A stretch of 64,000 nt of DNA from Pelagomonas calceolata (lineage: Eukaryota), in the NCBI GenBank assembly GCA_918797485.1, contig CAKKNE010000003.1:2170001-2234000 (forward strand), written 5' to 3'. A model generated the notes under the pieces. That model searched no databases and was not told the origin of the DNA. It saw only the letters and a program-made list of their open reading frames with translations. Shown here piece by piece: positions 61,639 to 64,000 of the stretch (its first letter is position 1; the number at the start of each line of letters is the position of its first letter). The translations under genes were made by a program, and so were the position numbers.

Positions 61639-64000
61639 CTAATCCGCAGGCTTCTTCGTCTTCGGCAGAAATGCGTGCGTGTCCGGCTTGGAGCCGAAGC
61701 GCGACGACGCGTCGGGCCGCCAGTTGCGCGAGCCGTCGCCGAGCGCCTTGACGAGCTCCTTCTCGCGTTTGCGGTCCTCGATGGCTTCTCGCTTCTGCCG
61801 CTCGATCGTCGCCTTGCTGAGCGCCTCGGCCCGTGTCTGCCGGAGATTCTCTCGGTACGCCTCGTCGGCGGCGAAGCGAGCATCTTCGTCCGCCTTGAGC
61901 TTGAGGGCTGCCTCTCGCCGACGGGCCCGCGCGGCGGCGGCGCGCTTGGCTCTCATTTCCGCCTCAGCACGCAGCCTCGCGCGCGCCTCGTCGCGCCGCC
62001 GCGCTTCCGCCGCCTGCCGTTTCGCGTCGGCCTCGGCGCGAGCCTTCCGAGCGGCGTCTCGGCGAGCATCTTCCTCGGACTTTCGCAAGCGCGCCGCTTC
62101 CTCCAATTCTGCCCTACGCTTCCTTGCCGCTTCTCTCCGTCGCGCGGCGGCCGCGTCGTCAAGGGCTTTCTGTTCCGCGAGCTTTCGTGCGTTTTCGGCG
62201 TCCGCGAGGGCCTTGGCGTGTTTCCGTTCGGCTTCCTCCTCCTTCTTGCGGGCCGCGGCAGCTTCACGCTCCCTCCTCAGGCGTTCCAGCTCCTCCTTCC
62301 GGCGAGCTTCATCTTCCAATCTCTTTCGTTCCTTCTCTTCGGCGAGGGCCTTGAGGCGAGCCTCCTCTTCGGCCGCCTTGCGGCGCGCCTCTTCATCCTT
62401 CGCTTTGCGGCGTGCCTCCGCTTCCTCGAGAGCCTTCCGTTTTCGCTCCGCTTCGTCGGCCAACCGTTGCTGTTCCGCGGCCTCGCGCTCCGCTTCCTGG
62501 GCCTTCCGCTTCGCGTCCTCGGCGGCCTTCGCCTCGGCTCTCGCTTTGGCGTCCAATTCAGCTTCGTGGCGTGTGGGATCGTGGCGCCACTGAATGATCA
62601 ATTCGACAGCGCCTTCAGCGCCCTCACCAGATAATTCGTACCATTTTTGCTCGGTCTTGCCCTGCAAGGGCATGAGATCGATGCTCACGGAGCCCATGGC
62701 ATCGTTGCTGGAAATGGTGTCGGCATCTTCACACTTGACCTCGAGCACGCAGGTGCCGCCGCAGTCCTCAGGCTTTAATGGAATGCTGTATTGCTCTTTC
62801 CAAATTGGATCTAAGGTGGTCTTCTGGGCCTTAGTCTTGCCTGTCCACGAGGCTTCGGCGGCCGTCGACAGCGCGAAGGTCAGCTTCGGATCGCTACTTC
62901 CGCCAGCGCTGAAGAGATTGCGGTCACGAATAGCGAGCTTCCTGCCACGGAACGCGGCGACCCGTAATTCGTTGACCGGGCCGTCCGACATGTTCTCGCG
63001 ATCGAACGGGTCCCAATCTAGGGACGCGTTGTACCGCCACAGGATAATCAGCTCGACGTCGCCGTGGACGTCGCCCTTGCACTTCTTCTTCGTGAGCGGA
63101 TCCTCGGGCTGCAGTGAATACCACTTTCTCGTGATCGTGTTCGGCTTGAGCTGCGACAGGTCGATGCCCTCAGTGCTCCCCATAAAGTCCGCCGCCGAGA
63201 TCTCGTCGACGTCCTCGACGCGGCAGTGCAGCGTCTCCCCGCCGTTCCCTGTTAGCGGCACGCACCAGGTTTCCCGCCACCGCGGATTGAGGGTCTTCTT
63301 GAGCGTCTCTGTCGTGTGCGAGAGCTTCACCGACGACCCGCCGACGACGTTCAGGATGGCTCGAGGGTCCGACGTGCCACCACTACTAAAGATATTCGAG
63401 TCTTTGATGACGAGATTTCGGCCTTGCGACACCACCACGCAGAGCTCATTGGGAGTCTTGGCCCGAGACGCCTCCTCGACTTCGTCGAAGGGGTCGAAGG
63501 CCAGCGCGGGATCATGGTACCACTGTAGAATTAACTCTACTTCTCCCTCGTCGAGTGCATACCACTTCTTCGAGACGGCCTGATTACGCAGCTCGGCCAG
63601 GTCTACTTCGAAGCTCCCCATCGAGTCATCCTTCGAGACAGCGTCACGGTCAAAGCACTCGACCCGCAGCTTCGGCAGCGGCTCGAGATCAGGTAATGGC
63701 TGTGTGAAGATCTCTCTCCAGACTGGATCGACGGTCTTGTTTTGCACCGTCGAGTGGAAGGTCACATTGGTTCCCGTGAGCGAGAACTTGCAGTACGGAT
63801 CGGAGGAGCCGCCCTTGGACCTGTGGGCAAATCAACCAGTGAGTCAAGAGCCGTAAAGTTTGATTTCGGCACCGCATGCGACAGCAAATTCTTGTCCTTG
63901 ACGGCCAGCTCGCGCCCCTGGCTCAATCCGACCCGCAATTCGTTCGGTGCTTTGTCGGGGAATTTCGGGGCGGCGAACGGCTTCCAGGCGTTCGTCGGCG
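61639..64000 (-). CDS. Multi-C2-domain protein with C-terminal charged coiled coil (5' part beyond the window); intron 63821-63882
   Basis: Repeated NEL.V...GR.L...D.N....GGSSDP...KT..P.W.E...D.D..S..D.MG modules and an E/R/K/A-rich tail. Confidence 0.9.
63821..63874. mobile_element. Introner #13 (short, decayed)
   Basis: CTGTGGGCAAATCAACCAGTGAGT...TTGATTTCGGCACCG; TSD 5/8. The GT donor at 63882 gives DKNLL|SKGGSSDP. Confidence 0.87.

Noticed and set aside
1..64000. Introner TIRs or GCTAG motif as a CRISPR array
   Set aside because: The copies are dispersed over kilobases with no regular repeat-spacer period, the context is eukaryotic, and no cas genes are present.
1..64000. Autonomous transposase, reverse transcriptase or viral hallmark gene
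   Set aside because: No ORF shows recognisable DDE, RT, integrase or capsid motifs, so any mobilising enzyme must lie elsewhere.

Overview
GC-rich, gene-dense eukaryotic nuclear DNA with about 40 protein-coding genes. No rRNA, tRNA or CRISPR array was seen. Bipartite plastid-type presequences, beta-glucan enzymes and the introner type suggest a photosynthetic stramenopile, probably a pelagophyte (inference). The dominant non-coding structure is a family of 13 short non-autonomous DNA-transposon-derived introns (introners), 54-174 bp for the complete copies. They have CTGYGTGGAAATC...GATTTCCACRCAG terminal inverted repeats and 8-bp target-site duplications. The upstream duplication copy supplies the GT/GC donor and the TIR supplies the CAG acceptor. 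Removing each complete copy restores the host reading frame, and both orientations occur. At least 7 further introns keep the internal CGCCATCGACGCG motif, or a variant, without TIRs. Other notable signals: (1) a quasi-palindromic intergenic motif GCTAGTGTCTTACAGGCCGCTAGC in 10 copies, mostly 130-310 bp upstream of start codons; (2) two small-ORF/large-ORF pairs joined by prokaryote-style ATGA stop/start overlaps; (3) a head-to-head GH81/GH16 (KRE6-like) pair; (4) a methyltransferase-HemC fusion lacking the canonical cofactor Cys; (5) a putatively lipid-anchored iota-type carbonic anhydrase; (6) a SLATT-like protein; (7) a NURR-like x2 + La-motif protein. Exon boundaries were derived by hand, and family calls come from recognised motifs, not database searches.
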